A DNA stretch of 64,000 bases from an uncultured Gemmatimonadales bacterium (GTDB lineage Bacteria > Gemmatimonadota > Gemmatimonadetes > Longimicrobiales > Gaopeijiaceae), in contig OY970395.1 of NCBI GenBank assembly GCA_963720485.1, forward strand, positions 2,264,885 through 2,328,884. The letters run 5' to 3'. This document shows positions 29,312 to 41,726 of this stretch, in pieces; position 1 is the first letter of the stretch, and every line of letters starts with the position of its first letter. Position numbers and translations under genes: made by a program. The notes under the pieces were generated by a model. The model saw only the letters and a list, made by a program, of their open reading frames with translations. It was not told the DNA's origin and did not search any database.

Positions 29312-30424
29312 CTACACGTTGAAGCGGAACACCATCACGTCGCCGTCCCGCACCTCGTACTCCTTCCCCTCGGAGCGGATGAGGCCCCGGTCCCGGGCGG
29401 CCTTGTACGAGCCCAACTCGAGCAGCTCGCCGTAGCCGATGGTCTCGGCCCGGATGAAGCCCCGCTCGAAGTCGGAGTGGATGGTGCCGGCGGCTTCGGG
29501 GGCGTGGGCACCCCGGCGCACGGTCCAGGCCCGGGACTCCTTCTCGCCGGTGGTGAAGAAGGTGAGGAGGCCCAGGAGGTCGTAGGCGGCCCGGATGAGG
29601 CGGTCCAGCCCCCGCTCCTCCAGCCCCAGCTCCTCCAGGAACGCCTGGCGCTCCTCCGCGTCCAGCTCGGCCAGCTCCGCCTCCAGCGCCGAGCAGATCA
29701 CCACCACCCCCTCCTCGGAGCGGGCCTCGGCGTCGTCGGCGGCCACGGCATCGCGCAGCGCGCCCACCCAGGCGTTGTCGCCCTCCGGCAGATCCCCCTC
29801 GCCCACGTTGGCCACGTACAGGACCGGCTTGGCGGTGAGGAGCTGGAAGCTCTTGAGGAGCGTCCGCTCCTCGGCCTCCAGGTGGAGGGAGCGCACCGGC
29901 CTCCCTTCGGCCAGCACGGCGTGGACCTTCTCCAGGACCGCGGCCTCCCGGAGGGCGTCCTTCTCGCCGCTCTTGGCCTTCTTCTGCACCCGGTCCAGGC
30001 GGCGCTCCACCATGTCCAGGTCGGACAGCGCCAGCTCCGTCTCCACGATGTCCCGGTCCCGGACCGGGTCCACGCTCCCCAGGACGTGGGTCACGTCGGG
30101 GTCGTCGAAGCAGCGCAGCACGTGGGCGATGGCGTCCACCTCACGGATGTTGCCCAGGAACTGGTTGCCCAGCCCCTCCCCCTCCGAGGCGCCCTTCACG
30201 AGGCCGGCGATGTCCACGAACTGGATCACGGTGGGGACCCTGGAGCGCGACTCGCTCAGGGCGTGCAGCCGGTCCAGTCGCGGATCCGGCACCTCCACCG
30301 TGCCCACGTTCGGGTCCACGGTGCAGAACGGGTAGTTCTCGGAGGGTGCCCCCGCCGCCGTGAGGGCGTTGAACAGCGACGACTTCCCCACGTTGGGGAG
30401 CCCGACGATTCCGACTCTCAGCAT
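29312..30424 (-). CDS. ychF: redox-regulated ATPase YchF (Obg-family GTPase-like)
   Basis: G1 motif (GIVGLPNVGKSSLFNAL), TGS domain, and the conserved C-terminus (EYEVRDGDVMVFRFNV). Confidence 0.95.
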   Translation of the reverse strand: MLRVGIVGLPNVGKSSLFNALTAAGAPSENYPFCTVDPNVGTVEVPDPRLDRLHALSESRSRVPTVIQFVDIAGLVKGASEGEGLGNQFLGNIREVDAIAHVLRCFDDPDVTHVLGSVDPVRDRDIVETELALSDLDMVERRLDRVQKKAKSGEKDALREAAVLEKVHAVLAEGRPVRSLHLEAEERTLLKSFQLLTAKPVLYVANVGEGDLPEGDNAWVGALRDAVAADDAEARSEEGVVVICSALEAELAELDAEERQAFLEELGLEERGLDRLIRAAYDLLGLLTFFTTGEKESRAWTVRRGAHAPEAAGTIHSDFERGFIRAETIGYGELLELGSYKAARDRGLIRSEGKEYEVRDGDVMVFRFNV

Positions 30425-30671
30425 GGCCTTCCGCGTCCTACCCGCATGGAAAAGGCGCGCCCTCGAAGGGAGCGCGCCCGGTGCGTGGAACCCTAACCGT
30501 GGCGCGGCGTCCGGTCAATTCGCCCACGCCCTTCGAAGGGCCCGGGAGCGGCTTCCGTACGAGGGGTGTGCGGGTGCCTGGCGGGAACGCCGGAGGAAGG
30601 GGTACGTTGCCCTCCTCCCCCCACGCTCCATCCCCGTCCAACGCGTCCGCGATACCGCCGCCCGGGAGGTG

Positions 30672-31259
30672 ATGGTGCTGTCGCTCTACCTGTTCAGCCT
30701 CGTGCTCGGCGGTGGCTTCCTCGCCTTCTCCCTCCTGGGAGACCTGGGGGACCACGCCGACGTGGGCTTCCACAGTGACGCGGGTGGAGACCTCGGCCAC
30801 GGCGCCGCCGAGCACGACGGAGGAACGTCCTCCCGCGTCTTCTCGCTGCGGGCGGCGACCTACGCCCTCTTCGGCTTCGGAGGGGTCGGCCTGGCGCTGG
30901 AGCGGCTCACCCCCGGGCTCCACCCCACCGTCCGGCTGGGCTTCGCCCTGGCGGGAGGCGCCCTCGCGGGCGCGCTGGTGGTGCTCCTCTTCGGTTGGCT
31001 CAAGGCCACCGAGAGCGGCGCGCTGCTGGGCGACGCCGGCTTCGTGGGGCTGGCGGCGCGCGTGACCGTTCCCCTGAGCGGCGGCGCCCCCGGCGCCATC
31101 ACCGTGGAGCGGGGAGCCCGGCGCTACACGCTGCGGGCCCTCCCCCAGGGCGACGCCGGCGCAGACACGGCGACATGGAGCAGCGTCGTCGTGGTGGAGA
31201 TGCGGGACGGCATCGCCCGCGTCACACCCCTGGAGAAGGATCTGGCCCTGGAACCCTGA
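30672..31259 (+). CDS. NfeD-like membrane protein (partner of the SPFH/flotillin gene)
   Basis: Two-TM N-terminus plus a C-terminal OB-like domain. GGGAGG Shine-Dalgarno sequence. Lies immediately upstream of the flotillin gene. Confidence 0.7.
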   Translation: MVLSLYLFSLVLGGGFLAFSLLGDLGDHADVGFHSDAGGDLGHGAAEHDGGTSSRVFSLRAATYALFGFGGVGLALERLTPGLHPTVRLGFALAGGALAGALVVLLFGWLKATESGALLGDAGFVGLAARVTVPLSGGAPGAITVERGARRYTLRALPQGDAGADTATWSSVVVVEMRDGIARVTPLEKDLALEP

Positions 31260-31289
31260 CCGGGCGGCGACGCCGCCCTGGAGGACGTC

Positions 31290-32711
31290 ATGCAGGACTT
31301 CGTCGCGGCTCCGGTCGCCCTGGCCGCCGTCATCCTCATCGCCGCGTTCGTGGCGGTGGCGACGGTGCGGGCCCTCATCGTCATCGTGCCGCCCAACCGG
31401 GCCGCCGTCCTCACGGGGCGGAACCGGACGCTGGAGGACGGCAGCCGTGTGGGCTACCGCTCGGTGATCGGGGGACGGACGCTGCGCATCCCCATCATCG
31501 AGACCGTCCAGCAGATGAACCTGGAGACCTTCCCCATCGAGATCGTGGTGAACAACGCGTTCTCCAAGGGGAACATCCCGCTCAAGGTGGAGGCCATCGC
31601 CAACGTGAAGCTGGCCTCCACCCCCGAGTCGGTGTTCAACAACGCCGTGGAGCGGCTCCTGGGGAAGACCGAGGACGAGATCCGCCAACTCGCCAAGGAC
31701 ACCCTCATGGGGAACCTGCGGGGCGTGCTGGCCACCCTCACGCCGGAGGAGGTGAACGAGGACCGGCTCGGCTTCGCCAAGGCGCTGGCCGAAGACGCGG
31801 GGGAGGACCTGGCGGCCCTCGGCTTCCATCTGGACGTGCTCAAGATCCAGAACGTGAGCGACGAGCGGGGCTACCTGGAGGCCATCGGCCGCAAGAAGGC
31901 CGCCGAGGCGGTGCGGGACGCCGAGATCGCCGAGGCCAACGCCGACGCCGACACGCGCCAGGCCCAGGCCGAGGCGCTCAAGCGCGCCGAGGTCATCCAG
32001 GCCCGGGCGAACATCGACATCGCCGAGGCCAAGAACCAGCTCCGGGTGCGCCAGGCCCAGCTCGACCAGGAGGGGGACAGCGCCGAGCGCACGGCGCGGG
32101 TGAAGGCCGAGCAGGCGGAGGTGGAGGCCCAGCGGGAGATGGAGCTCAAGCGCGTGGAGCGGGAGCAGGCGCGCCTGCGGGCCGACGTGGTGGAGCCGGC
32201 CAACGCCGCCCGGGAGGCCGCCCGGGCCAGGGCCGCGGGGGAGGCCGCGCCCATCCTGGAGAGCGGCAAGGCCCGGGCGGAAGTGCTCCGGCGGCTCTAC
32301 GCCGAGCTCAAGGACGGCGGCGAGGAGGCCTTCGCCGTGTTCCTGGCCGACAAGCTCCCCGGTCTCCTGGACACGGCCGTGGAGGCCGTGAAGGGCGTGG
32401 ACATCGACCGGGTGGTGGTCATGGACGGCGGGAACGGCAACGGCGTGGCGAGCGCGTTGAACCAGCGCGTACGAGGGGCCCTGTCCACCGTGGAATCGCT
32501 GGCCGCGGCGCTGGGGCTCGACCTGGAGGAGGTGCTGAAGGCGGCCAACCGCACCGCCCGGAGCACCCACCCCGCCCCGGGGCTCGCCACCACCGGGTCA
32601 CCGGGGGATACGGGGGCCCCCTCGCCGCGGTCGAGGGTCACGCCCGTGGTGGGCACGCCCGCCACGCCCCCGCCTCTGGGGGGAGGCGCGCCGGGAGGCA
32701 ACGGGAGCTAG
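31290..32711 (+). CDS. flotillin-like SPFH/Band-7 domain protein (YqiK/FloA-FloT family)
   Basis: An N-terminal TM segment, an SPFH domain, and a long Ala/Glu-rich coiled coil (AEALKRAEVIQARANIDIAEAKNQLRVRQAQLDQE...). Confidence 0.85.
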   Translation: MQDFVAAPVALAAVILIAAFVAVATVRALIVIVPPNRAAVLTGRNRTLEDGSRVGYRSVIGGRTLRIPIIETVQQMNLETFPIEIVVNNAFSKGNIPLKVEAIANVKLASTPESVFNNAVERLLGKTEDEIRQLAKDTLMGNLRGVLATLTPEEVNEDRLGFAKALAEDAGEDLAALGFHLDVLKIQNVSDERGYLEAIGRKKAAEAVRDAEIAEANADADTRQAQAEALKRAEVIQARANIDIAEAKNQLRVRQAQLDQEGDSAERTARVKAEQAEVEAQREMELKRVEREQARLRADVVEPANAAREAARARAAGEAAPILESGKARAEVLRRLYAELKDGGEEAFAVFLADKLPGLLDTAVEAVKGVDIDRVVVMDGGNGNGVASALNQRVRGALSTVESLAAALGLDLEEVLKAANRTARSTHPAPGLATTGSPGDTGAPSPRSRVTPVVGTPATPPPLGGGAPGGNGS

Positions 32712-32726
32712 CCGCACCGCCGGCCG

Positions 32727-33929
32727 TTACCGCCCCAGGGCCTCCTGCATGGCCAGGACCAGCCCGGGGTAGCGGTCGTAGGCCCAACGGGCCTCGTCCA
32801 GCTCCAGGCGCTCCCGGTTGGTGTGGGCGTAGCGCTCCTCCCCGGGGGCGAAGCCCACGGTGGGGATGCCGTGGACGCCGCAGGTCCACCCGCCGTCCGT
32901 GGCGAACGCCCAGGGGCGCACCCGGGCGGGGCCGCCGCCCTCCCGGTTCCCCACCGCCGCGGCGGCCGCCCGCACCACCGGCGCGTCCGGGTCCATGAGG
33001 AAGCCGGGGGTGAGGAGCCCCCGCTCCCGCTCCAGACCGGTATACGTGCGCTGGGCCTCCCGGGCCATGCGCACCTCCACACCGTAGCCTTCGGGAAGCT
33101 CGGGCAGGCGGGCGTCCACCACCTCACGCACCCGGGCCACCAGCGACTCGTCGTCCATTCCCGGGAGGATGCGCCAGTCGAGCGCCACCACCACCTGGTC
33201 GGGGATGACGTTTCGGCTGGACGGCTCCACCTCGACGGAGGTGGGGGTCACGGTCGCCGCGCCCAGAACGTCGTCCACGGGCTGGTCGCCCCGGAGCTCC
33301 CAGAACACCGCCTCCAGCACCGCCGGGAGCAGGCTCAGGGCGTTCAGGGCACGGGCGGGTGCGCTGGCGTGGCCCGCGAGACCGTGGAGGACGATCTCCA
33401 CCTCGCCCCGCCCCCGGTGCCCGATGCACACGTCGCCGTGGGTGGACTCCCCGATGATCACGGCGTCGGGCTTCACGTCGCCCGCGTCCAGGAGGTGCTG
33501 CATGCCCAGTCCGCCCCGCTCCTCCAGGACGGTGTGGGCCACCCACACGTCGCCCGGGGCCCGCCCCCGGAGCGCCGCTGCGGCGTGGGTCTGGAGGGCC
33601 AGGGGGCCCTTGATGTCCATGGCCCCCCGGCCGTGGAGGAAGCCGCCCTCGACCACCGCTTCGAAGGGGGGGTGCTCCCACTGGGCGGGGTCACCCTCGG
33701 CCACCACGTCCAGGTGGCAGGAGAGCATCACGCTGGGCCCTGCGCCGGAGCCGGGGATGCGGCCGAGGACGTTCCCGGCGGCGTCCGCGTGCACGTCTTC
33801 GAAGGCCAGCGTCTCGAGCTCCCGCCGCACCCGCTCCGCCACGTCCGCTTCGGCGCCGGGCGGCGAGGGAATCCGGATGAGGTCCCGGGCGAAGGCCAGG
33901 GCTCCGTCGAAGGAAGGGTCGGTGGCCAT
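32727..33929 (-). CDS. M20-family metallopeptidase / deacylase (ArgE/DapE-like)
   Basis: Carries [14 protein letters not shown], a dimerisation domain, and C-terminal metal-binding residues. Confidence 0.85.
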   Translation of the reverse strand: MATDPSFDGALAFARDLIRIPSPPGAEADVAERVRRELETLAFEDVHADAAGNVLGRIPGSGAGPSVMLSCHLDVVAEGDPAQWEHPPFEAVVEGGFLHGRGAMDIKGPLALQTHAAAALRGRAPGDVWVAHTVLEERGGLGMQHLLDAGDVKPDAVIIGESTHGDVCIGHRGRGEVEIVLHGLAGHASAPARALNALSLLPAVLEAVFWELRGDQPVDDVLGAATVTPTSVEVEPSSRNVIPDQVVVALDWRILPGMDDESLVARVREVVDARLPELPEGYGVEVRMAREAQRTYTGLERERGLLTPGFLMDPDAPVVRAAAAAVGNREGGGPARVRPWAFATDGGWTCGVHGIPTVGFAPGEERYAHTNRERLELDEARWAYDRYPGLVLAMQEALGR

Positions 33930-33939
33930 GCTCCCAGCC

Positions 33940-36078
<2,139 letters not shown>

Positions 36079-36139
36079 GCTCGCCGTCTTCCCCTGCCTT
36101 GGAAGTCCATCCTCCGGCGGGGCGAGGCCCCGCGCCATG

Positions 36140-36730
36140 TCATCGGTTGAAGCGGTTCATGGCCGCCTCCACGCCTTCATCGATCCAGAGCTCCATGGCC
36201 TTCGTGAGCTCCGGCAGCAACCCCAACACGACCTCCTCGTCGTCCCCGGGCATGGGGGACAGGACCCAGTCGGCCAAGTCCGTCCGGGGTGGACACCGTC
36301 CCACCCCGATGCGCATGCGCGCGTAGTCCTTCGTGCCCAGCACGTCTTCCACGGAGCGCAGCCCGTTGTGCCCTCCGGCGCCGCCGCCGGGGCGCAGGCG
36401 CACCCGGCCCACCTCCAGGGCCGCGTCGTCGACCACCACGAGGAGGTCCCGGGCGGGTTCGTCCAGCCGACCCTCCCTGGCCAGGCTCGCCAGCGCCGCG
36501 CCGCTCCGGTTCATGAACGTGAGGGGCTTCACGAGGAGCACGTCCCTTCCCCGGGCCGAGCCTTCCGCCACCAGGGCGGGCCCCTGCCGGCGGAAGGCGC
36601 CGAAGCCCCAGTCGTGGGCGAGCCGGTCCACCATCCACCAGCCGACGTTGTGGCGGGTGGCATCGTATTCGGACCCGGGGTTGCCGAGTCCCACCACCAC
36701 CTTCACCGGGGCGTCAGCGGCCCTGGGCAC
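36140..36730 (-). CDS. pth: peptidyl-tRNA hydrolase
   Basis: [19 protein letters not shown]...HNGLRS. Confidence 0.9.
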   Translation of the reverse strand: MPRAADAPVKVVVGLGNPGSEYDATRHNVGWWMVDRLAHDWGFGAFRRQGPALVAEGSARGRDVLLVKPLTFMNRSGAALASLAREGRLDEPARDLLVVVDDAALEVGRVRLRPGGGAGGHNGLRSVEDVLGTKDYARMRIGVGRCPPRTDLADWVLSPMPGDDEEVVLGLLPELTKAMELWIDEGVEAAMNRFNR

Positions 36731-36751
36731 GGCACGGCTGCGGCGTCGGGA

Positions 36752-37444
36752 TCAGCCCTCCTCCTCGGCCTCCGCCACGCCCGGCGCCTCGGCCGGACCC
36801 TCTCCGGCCTCCTCTTCGCCCTCGGCCACACCGGCCAGGGCCTCGGCCTCTTCCTCTTCCTCGCCCTCGACCTCGACGACCCTGGGCGTCACCACGGTGC
36901 ACACCGTCTGGTCCTCGTCGACGAGCATCTCCACGCCCTCCGCGGTGTCGATGTCCGACACGTGGATGGCGTCGCCGATCGTGAGCCCGGTCACGTCGAT
37001 CTCGAACGATTCGGGGATGCTGTCCGGGAGGCACTTCACGGCCAGCTCGTGGACGATCTGCTCCAGGACACCGCCCTGGCTCTTCACGCCCTCGGGGGTG
37101 CCCACCAGGTGGATGGGCACCTCGACCTCCACCGCCACGTCCTTCTGGATGCGGTAGAAGTCGATGTGGATCAGCTCGGGGCGGTACGGGTGGACCTGGA
37201 CCTCGCGCACCAGCGTGGCCACGGCCCCCCGCTGTCCCTTGATCTTCACGTCCACGAGGGTGTTCTCCACCGAGATCGCCTGGAAGACCTGCTCGGCCTC
37301 CTTGGCGCTCACGGAGAGCATCATCGTCTCCTCGTCCTTCCCGTAGATCACCGCAGGAACGCGCCCCTCGGCCCGCATCCTGCGGGCGGCGCCCTTCCCC
37401 TGCTCGTCGCGCTTCTCGGCGTTCAGCGTCGCGTGTGTGCTCAT
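36752..37444 (-). CDS. rplY: 50S ribosomal protein L25 / general stress protein Ctc
   Basis: An L25 beta-barrel (GKGAARRMRAEGRVPAVIYGK...) with an acidic C-terminal extension. Part of the classic prs-ctc-pth operon. Confidence 0.9.
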   Translation of the reverse strand: MSTHATLNAEKRDEQGKGAARRMRAEGRVPAVIYGKDEETMMLSVSAKEAEQVFQAISVENTLVDVKIKGQRGAVATLVREVQVHPYRPELIHIDFYRIQKDVAVEVEVPIHLVGTPEGVKSQGGVLEQIVHELAVKCLPDSIPESFEIDVTGLTIGDAIHVSDIDTAEGVEMLVDEDQTVCTVVTPRVVEVEGEEEEEAEALAGVAEGEEEAGEGPAEAPGVAEAEEEG

Positions 37445-37460
37445 GTCAGTCTCTGGTCCC

Positions 37461-38432
37461 TCAGTCGTCGTTCTGCCGGATCTCGAAGAGCTGGCTCACC
37501 GACTCGTTCGAGTGGATGTACTCGATGGCGTTGGCCAGGAGCCCCGCCACCGAGAGCACGGTCAGGCGGTCGAACCGCCTGTCCTCCGGAATGTGGATGG
37601 TGTTCGTCACCACGAACTCCTCCATGGGGGCCGCGGCCAGCCGCTCCGATGCCTGCCCCGAGAGGAGAGCGTGGGTCGCCGCGGCGTACACGGCCCTGGC
37701 GCCCCGCTCCTTCAGCGCGTGGACGGCATTGGCCAGCGTGCCGCCCGTGTCCACCATGTCGTCGGTGAGGATGCAGTTCTTGCCGTCCACCTCTCCGACC
37801 ACGCTCAGCACCTCGCTCTCGTTGGGAGCGGGACGCCGCTTGTCGATGATGGCGAAGGTGGCCCCCAGCCTCTTGGAGAAGCCCCGGGCCATCTTGGCCG
37901 ACCCCACGTCGGGCGCCACCACCACCAGGTCCGTCAGCTCCTTCTCCAGGAAGTACCTCGTGATCACCGGGGCCGCGTACAGGTGGTCCACCGGGATGTC
38001 GAAGAAGCCCTGGATCTGGTGCTGATGGAAGTCGATGGACACCACCCGGTCGGCGCCCGCGGCGACGATCAGGTTGGCCATCAGCTTCGCCCCGATGGCC
38101 ACCCGGGGCTGGTCCTTCCGGTCCTGTCGTCCGTACCCGAAGTAGGGCACCACTGCCGTGACCCGGGCCGCCGACGCCCGCTTGGCCGCGTCGATGAGGA
38201 GCAGCAGCTCCAGGATGTTGGCGGCCGGAGCGCACGTGGGCTGGACGATGAACACGTCCCGTCCCCGGGCGTTCTTGTCGATGCGCACGAAGATCTCGCC
38301 GTCGGCGAAATCCCGGATGGTCGCGTTGTCCACGCGCTTCCCGAGGATCTGTGCCACCTCCTCCGCGAGGGGCGGGTTGGCCCGGCCCGCGAGGAGGAGG
38401 AGGGGCCCTCTTCCGACAGCGGCTTCGTCCAC
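37461..38432 (-). CDS. prs: ribose-phosphate pyrophosphokinase
   Basis: PRPP synthase motifs (DRKDQPRVAIGAKLMANL, VVAPDVGSAK, DDMVDTGGTL). The GTG start gives a canonical N-terminus (LLLLAGRANPPLAEEVA). Confidence 0.9.
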   Translation of the reverse strand: MDEAAVGRGPLLLLAGRANPPLAEEVAQILGKRVDNATIRDFADGEIFVRIDKNARGRDVFIVQPTCAPAANILELLLLIDAAKRASAARVTAVVPYFGYGRQDRKDQPRVAIGAKLMANLIVAAGADRVVSIDFHQHQIQGFFDIPVDHLYAAPVITRYFLEKELTDLVVVAPDVGSAKMARGFSKRLGATFAIIDKRRPAPNESEVLSVVGEVDGKNCILTDDMVDTGGTLANAVHALKERGARAVYAAATHALLSGQASERLAAAPMEEFVVTNTIHIPEDRRFDRLTVLSVAGLLANAIEYIHSNESVSQLFEIRQNDD

Positions 38433-38575
38433 GTGTACCAGGGTAGCGCGGCGGCGGCCGAGCGCGCGGCGCCCCCGCTGATTTCTTCCGTGGGAAACAA
38501 CAGCCCGCAAAGTTATTGTCGGGCCTGGGGCGGGTCAACGCGTGGGGGAGGTGGTTTTCCGCGGTGGAGAGCGGG

Positions 38576-40405
38576 TCAGCCACCCGAGGCGGGGGCGGCC
38601 CGGATCTCCAGACGACGCTCGCTCACCAGCGGGCTCCTCCCCTTCGTGGCGAGCTCGAGGCGGAGGGTGTAGCGGCCGGGATCCAGGGACGGGAGGTCGA
38701 GGGCCACGCTGCGGAAGACGGGCCCGGGGGCGTCGGGCCCCTCCTCCTGCCACTCCAGGGTCAGGGGGCGGTCGTCCCCCACCAGGCCGAGCAGACGCCC
38801 CGCCTTCTGGAGGAGGTTCCCGCCACCGCCCCGGATGCTCAGGCGGTAGGCGATAGCCTCGGGGCGCCACCCCAGCCCGTAGACCTCCCATCCCACCGCG
38901 ACCCGCTCGCCGGAGCGCAGCCAGGCCCTGGGGAGGGCGCGGGCCGCCGCCGCCTCCAGGGACTCCCCCTCGGGGCCCTCCGCGGTCAGGAGGAGCAGGT
39001 CGGAGAGGGTGGGGACGTCGGGCGGAGCGGCCGGGACCCGCACCCCCCGGCGGATGCGGCCGGCCCTGCGCAGGTCGGGGCTCCACGTCTCGGCGCTGAG
39101 AAGGTACGCCCCCGCCGGCGCCCCCAGGACCAGGGCGGCCGAGTCGGTGCCTTCGCGGGTCCGGGCCCGCAGGCCCGGCGGGCCGCCGCTGTCCGGGTCC
39201 GGGCCGCCGGCGGCGGCCTCGCCCACCGGCACCAGGAAGAGGCCCGCCTCGGGGGACCGGCCGCGCCAGCGGGGCGGCACCGAGTCGCGGAAGGCATGGT
39301 GGTGCTTCCCGTGGAAGGTGGTGTCCGCGGGGAGAGTCTCGCTGGCCACCACCACCACGCGCTCGCCCCGGGGGAAGAGCGCGACCTGGCCCTCCCCGGG
39401 CAGCGTCACCGGGGCGTAGGCCGGCGTGTAGGTTGAGCGGGCCTCCTGCCGCCCCGTGCCCCACGCCTCGGCCGCGGACGCCGCCGGGTCCTCCAGGGCG
39501 CTGCCTTCGGGGAGGTACGAGCGGCCCTCCGGGTCGTGGTGGCCCACCACGCCCTGGGGCTCCAGGGGGTGGAGGGGGTCGTCTTCCCGCCGCTCCCACC
39601 CCACCTCCCACCCGTAGCGCAGGTCGAGCTCCGCCATGTCCGAGCCCCAGGAGATGGTCCATGGGGTGCGTGCCCGCTCCCGGATCCGGTCCACCACGTG
39701 GCGCGCCATGTGGGCGGTCCATCGGTCGTTGCCCTCCACCAGGTAGAGGGGGTCGCCCAGGTCCCAGATGCGCCGCACCGCCGCGTCCCAGCGCCCCTCG
39801 TCCTCGGCGCGCTCCAGCACGTCGTGGCCGTCGCCGTCCAGCAGCACGTCGGGGTCCCGCCATGCCCGGGCCTGATCCGGCGCTATCCCGGCGAGGGCCT
39901 CCCGGAAGGCCGCGGCCGCCTCCTGGAAGCGGCCCGCCACGTGGAGGGCGTACCCCTCCAGCGCGTCGCACCACCAGCGCGCCACGCCGCCGCACGCAGA
40001 GGCCGCCCTCACGGCCTCGTCCTCGCGGCCCGCCTCGACCAGGTAGAAAACCCGCTGGCCCAGGATCCAGCCGTCGCCGGGCAGCGCCCGGGACGTCCGG
40101 GCCAGCACCGTCAGGAGGTCATCCCGGGCCCGGGTGACGCGGGGGTCTTCGGGGCCGGGGTACCAGTCGTCGCCCTCGTCGTAGCGGAGGCAGATCCGCC
40201 CCACCACCTCGTCGCAGGGCCCTCCGGAGGGCCAGCTCCGGTCCACCGGGAGCCACCCTCGCCGGAGGCGCTCGAAGCGAGCCTGGGCGTCCCGGGCCTC
40301 GTCGTGGATGTCCGACGAGTCGGGCGGGAGCACCGCCGGCGGCCCGGTCCGGCCACCGGGGGGAAGGCCCGCGAGGAGCGCAAGGAGGAGGGCCGTGCCG
40401 GTCAT
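38576..40405 (-). CDS. hypothetical secreted protein (609 aa, N-terminal signal peptide)
   Basis: MTGTALLLALLAGLPPGG signal peptide. No recognisable catalytic motif. The start overlaps the stop of the beta-helix gene (ATGA). The long upstream ORF extension was rejected. Confidence 0.55.
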   Translation of the reverse strand: MTGTALLLALLAGLPPGGRTGPPAVLPPDSSDIHDEARDAQARFERLRRGWLPVDRSWPSGGPCDEVVGRICLRYDEGDDWYPGPEDPRVTRARDDLLTVLARTSRALPGDGWILGQRVFYLVEAGREDEAVRAASACGGVARWWCDALEGYALHVAGRFQEAAAAFREALAGIAPDQARAWRDPDVLLDGDGHDVLERAEDEGRWDAAVRRIWDLGDPLYLVEGNDRWTAHMARHVVDRIRERARTPWTISWGSDMAELDLRYGWEVGWERREDDPLHPLEPQGVVGHHDPEGRSYLPEGSALEDPAASAAEAWGTGRQEARSTYTPAYAPVTLPGEGQVALFPRGERVVVVASETLPADTTFHGKHHHAFRDSVPPRWRGRSPEAGLFLVPVGEAAAGGPDPDSGGPPGLRARTREGTDSAALVLGAPAGAYLLSAETWSPDLRRAGRIRRGVRVPAAPPDVPTLSDLLLLTAEGPEGESLEAAAARALPRAWLRSGERVAVGWEVYGLGWRPEAIAYRLSIRGGGGNLLQKAGRLLGLVGDDRPLTLEWQEEGPDAPGPVFRSVALDLPSLDPGRYTLRLELATKGRSPLVSERRLEIRAAPASGG

Positions 40406-41595
40406 TCCCCCGCCGGGTCGGGCCCCGTGCGGGGCGGCGTGAGGGTGGAGTCCTCCACCGAGCCCCGGTCCACGTCCAGGGGGCGGACGGTGGCGCCCAC
40501 CACCACGTTGTCCCGGAGGGTGAGGCGGCGCTGCTGCCGCACCACGATGCCGTACTCCATGCGGGCCGCGCCGGGGGGACGGGTGTCCCGCACCCGGTTC
40601 CCTTCCACCACCAGGTCCTCTCCCCGGGTCCCCGGCGATCCCGACAGGACGAGCCCCACCACCTCGGAGGCGGCGGCCCGCACCCCCGGCGGCTCGGGAC
40701 GGCCCGGGTCCTCCACCTGGTTCCCCCGGAGGCCCCCGCCCCGCACCCCCACGAGGCCCAGCCCGTGGAACTCGGCGCCCCGCACGACGTTGTCGTCGAA
40801 GCGGATCTCCAGGCCCGGGTTGCCGGGCTCGTTGAACTCCGCCCACGCACCCCGCACGCAGCCGTCGAAGGTGCAGCGGCTCACCAGCACGTCCCGGGCG
40901 GTGAGGCGGGGGTGGGCGCCGGAGATGGAGAGCCCCTGCCCCTCGTTGCCGTGGAGGCCGTCGTCCACGTCCCGGAAGTGGCACGCCGTGACCTGGACGT
41001 CGGAGGTGCCCCGGTCGGGGCCGTCGCCCGTGTAGCCGTCGGCACCGGCGGGGACGTGGAGCTGGAGCCCGTTGTTCACGAGGCGCTCGAAGCGGCAGCG
41101 GTGCACCCGGACGCGCCGGGGCTTGTACAGCTTGAGCCCCTCCTCGATGCCGTTGCGGAAGACCGCGTCGACGAACGTGAGGTCACTGGCCCGCACCAGG
41201 AAGAAGGCGGAGGCCACCTGGCCGTAGCGGAACGCCGGCGCAGACAGGTCGAAGGTGCCGCCCACCACGCGCAGGCCGTCGGACGTGCCCGCCGTGTCCT
41301 GGAACATGTGCCCGGGCGTGGCGGCGTCCTTCAGGAGCGTGGCGCCCGTCGCCAGCAGGGTGACGTTCCGCCGGCCCACCCGGGCCAGGTCCACGTGGTC
41401 GAAGCGCCAGGTGCCGCCCCCCCGGAGAACCAGCACGCCACCCTCCGGGGGCATGGACTCGAGGGCGGCCAGGCAGGGCCCGTCGTTCAGCGTGACGCCG
41501 TCCCCGGCGCCACCGAAGGCGGGGTCGTCCAGGTAGGCGACCCAGCGCCCGGCGCTGCGGGCGGCGGCGACGAGGGTGGCGAGGAGATCCTGCAT
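40402..41595 (-). CDS. right-handed parallel beta-helix repeat protein (pectate-lyase fold-like)
   Basis: Repeated NxxxGxxxG / VxGNxV segments typical of PbH1 beta-helix repeats. No obvious signal peptide. Confidence 0.65.
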   Translation of the reverse strand: MQDLLATLVAAARSAGRWVAYLDDPAFGGAGDGVTLNDGPCLAALESMPPEGGVLVLRGGGTWRFDHVDLARVGRRNVTLLATGATLLKDAATPGHMFQDTAGTSDGLRVVGGTFDLSAPAFRYGQVASAFFLVRASDLTFVDAVFRNGIEEGLKLYKPRRVRVHRCRFERLVNNGLQLHVPAGADGYTGDGPDRGTSDVQVTACHFRDVDDGLHGNEGQGLSISGAHPRLTARDVLVSRCTFDGCVRGAWAEFNEPGNPGLEIRFDDNVVRGAEFHGLGLVGVRGGGLRGNQVEDPGRPEPPGVRAAASEVVGLVLSGSPGTRGEDLVVEGNRVRDTRPPGAARMEYGIVVRQQRRLTLRDNVVVGATVRPLDVDRGSVEDSTLTPPRTGPDPAGE

Positions 41596-41597
41596 GA

Positions 41598-41668
41598 TAG
41601 CCCCCCCAGGATTCGAACCTGGACCGAGGGTTCCAAAGACCCTTGTGCTGCCCTTACACCAGGGGGCT
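41598..41668 (-). tRNA. tRNA-Gln (anticodon UUG)
   Basis: The minus-strand sequence folds as a cloverleaf. Acceptor AGCCCCC/GGGGGCU, U8, a GG in the D-loop, anticodon stem AGGGU/ACCCU with loop CUUUGGA (U33, anticodon UUG), and T-arm CCAGG-UUCGAAU-CCUGG. No CCA is encoded. Confidence 0.75.
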
Positions 41669-41726
41669 GGCGGGACGGGTCAACTCCCCCGCCCGGGTCC
41701 ATCGTAGCGACCGGGCTCGCCCCCCC

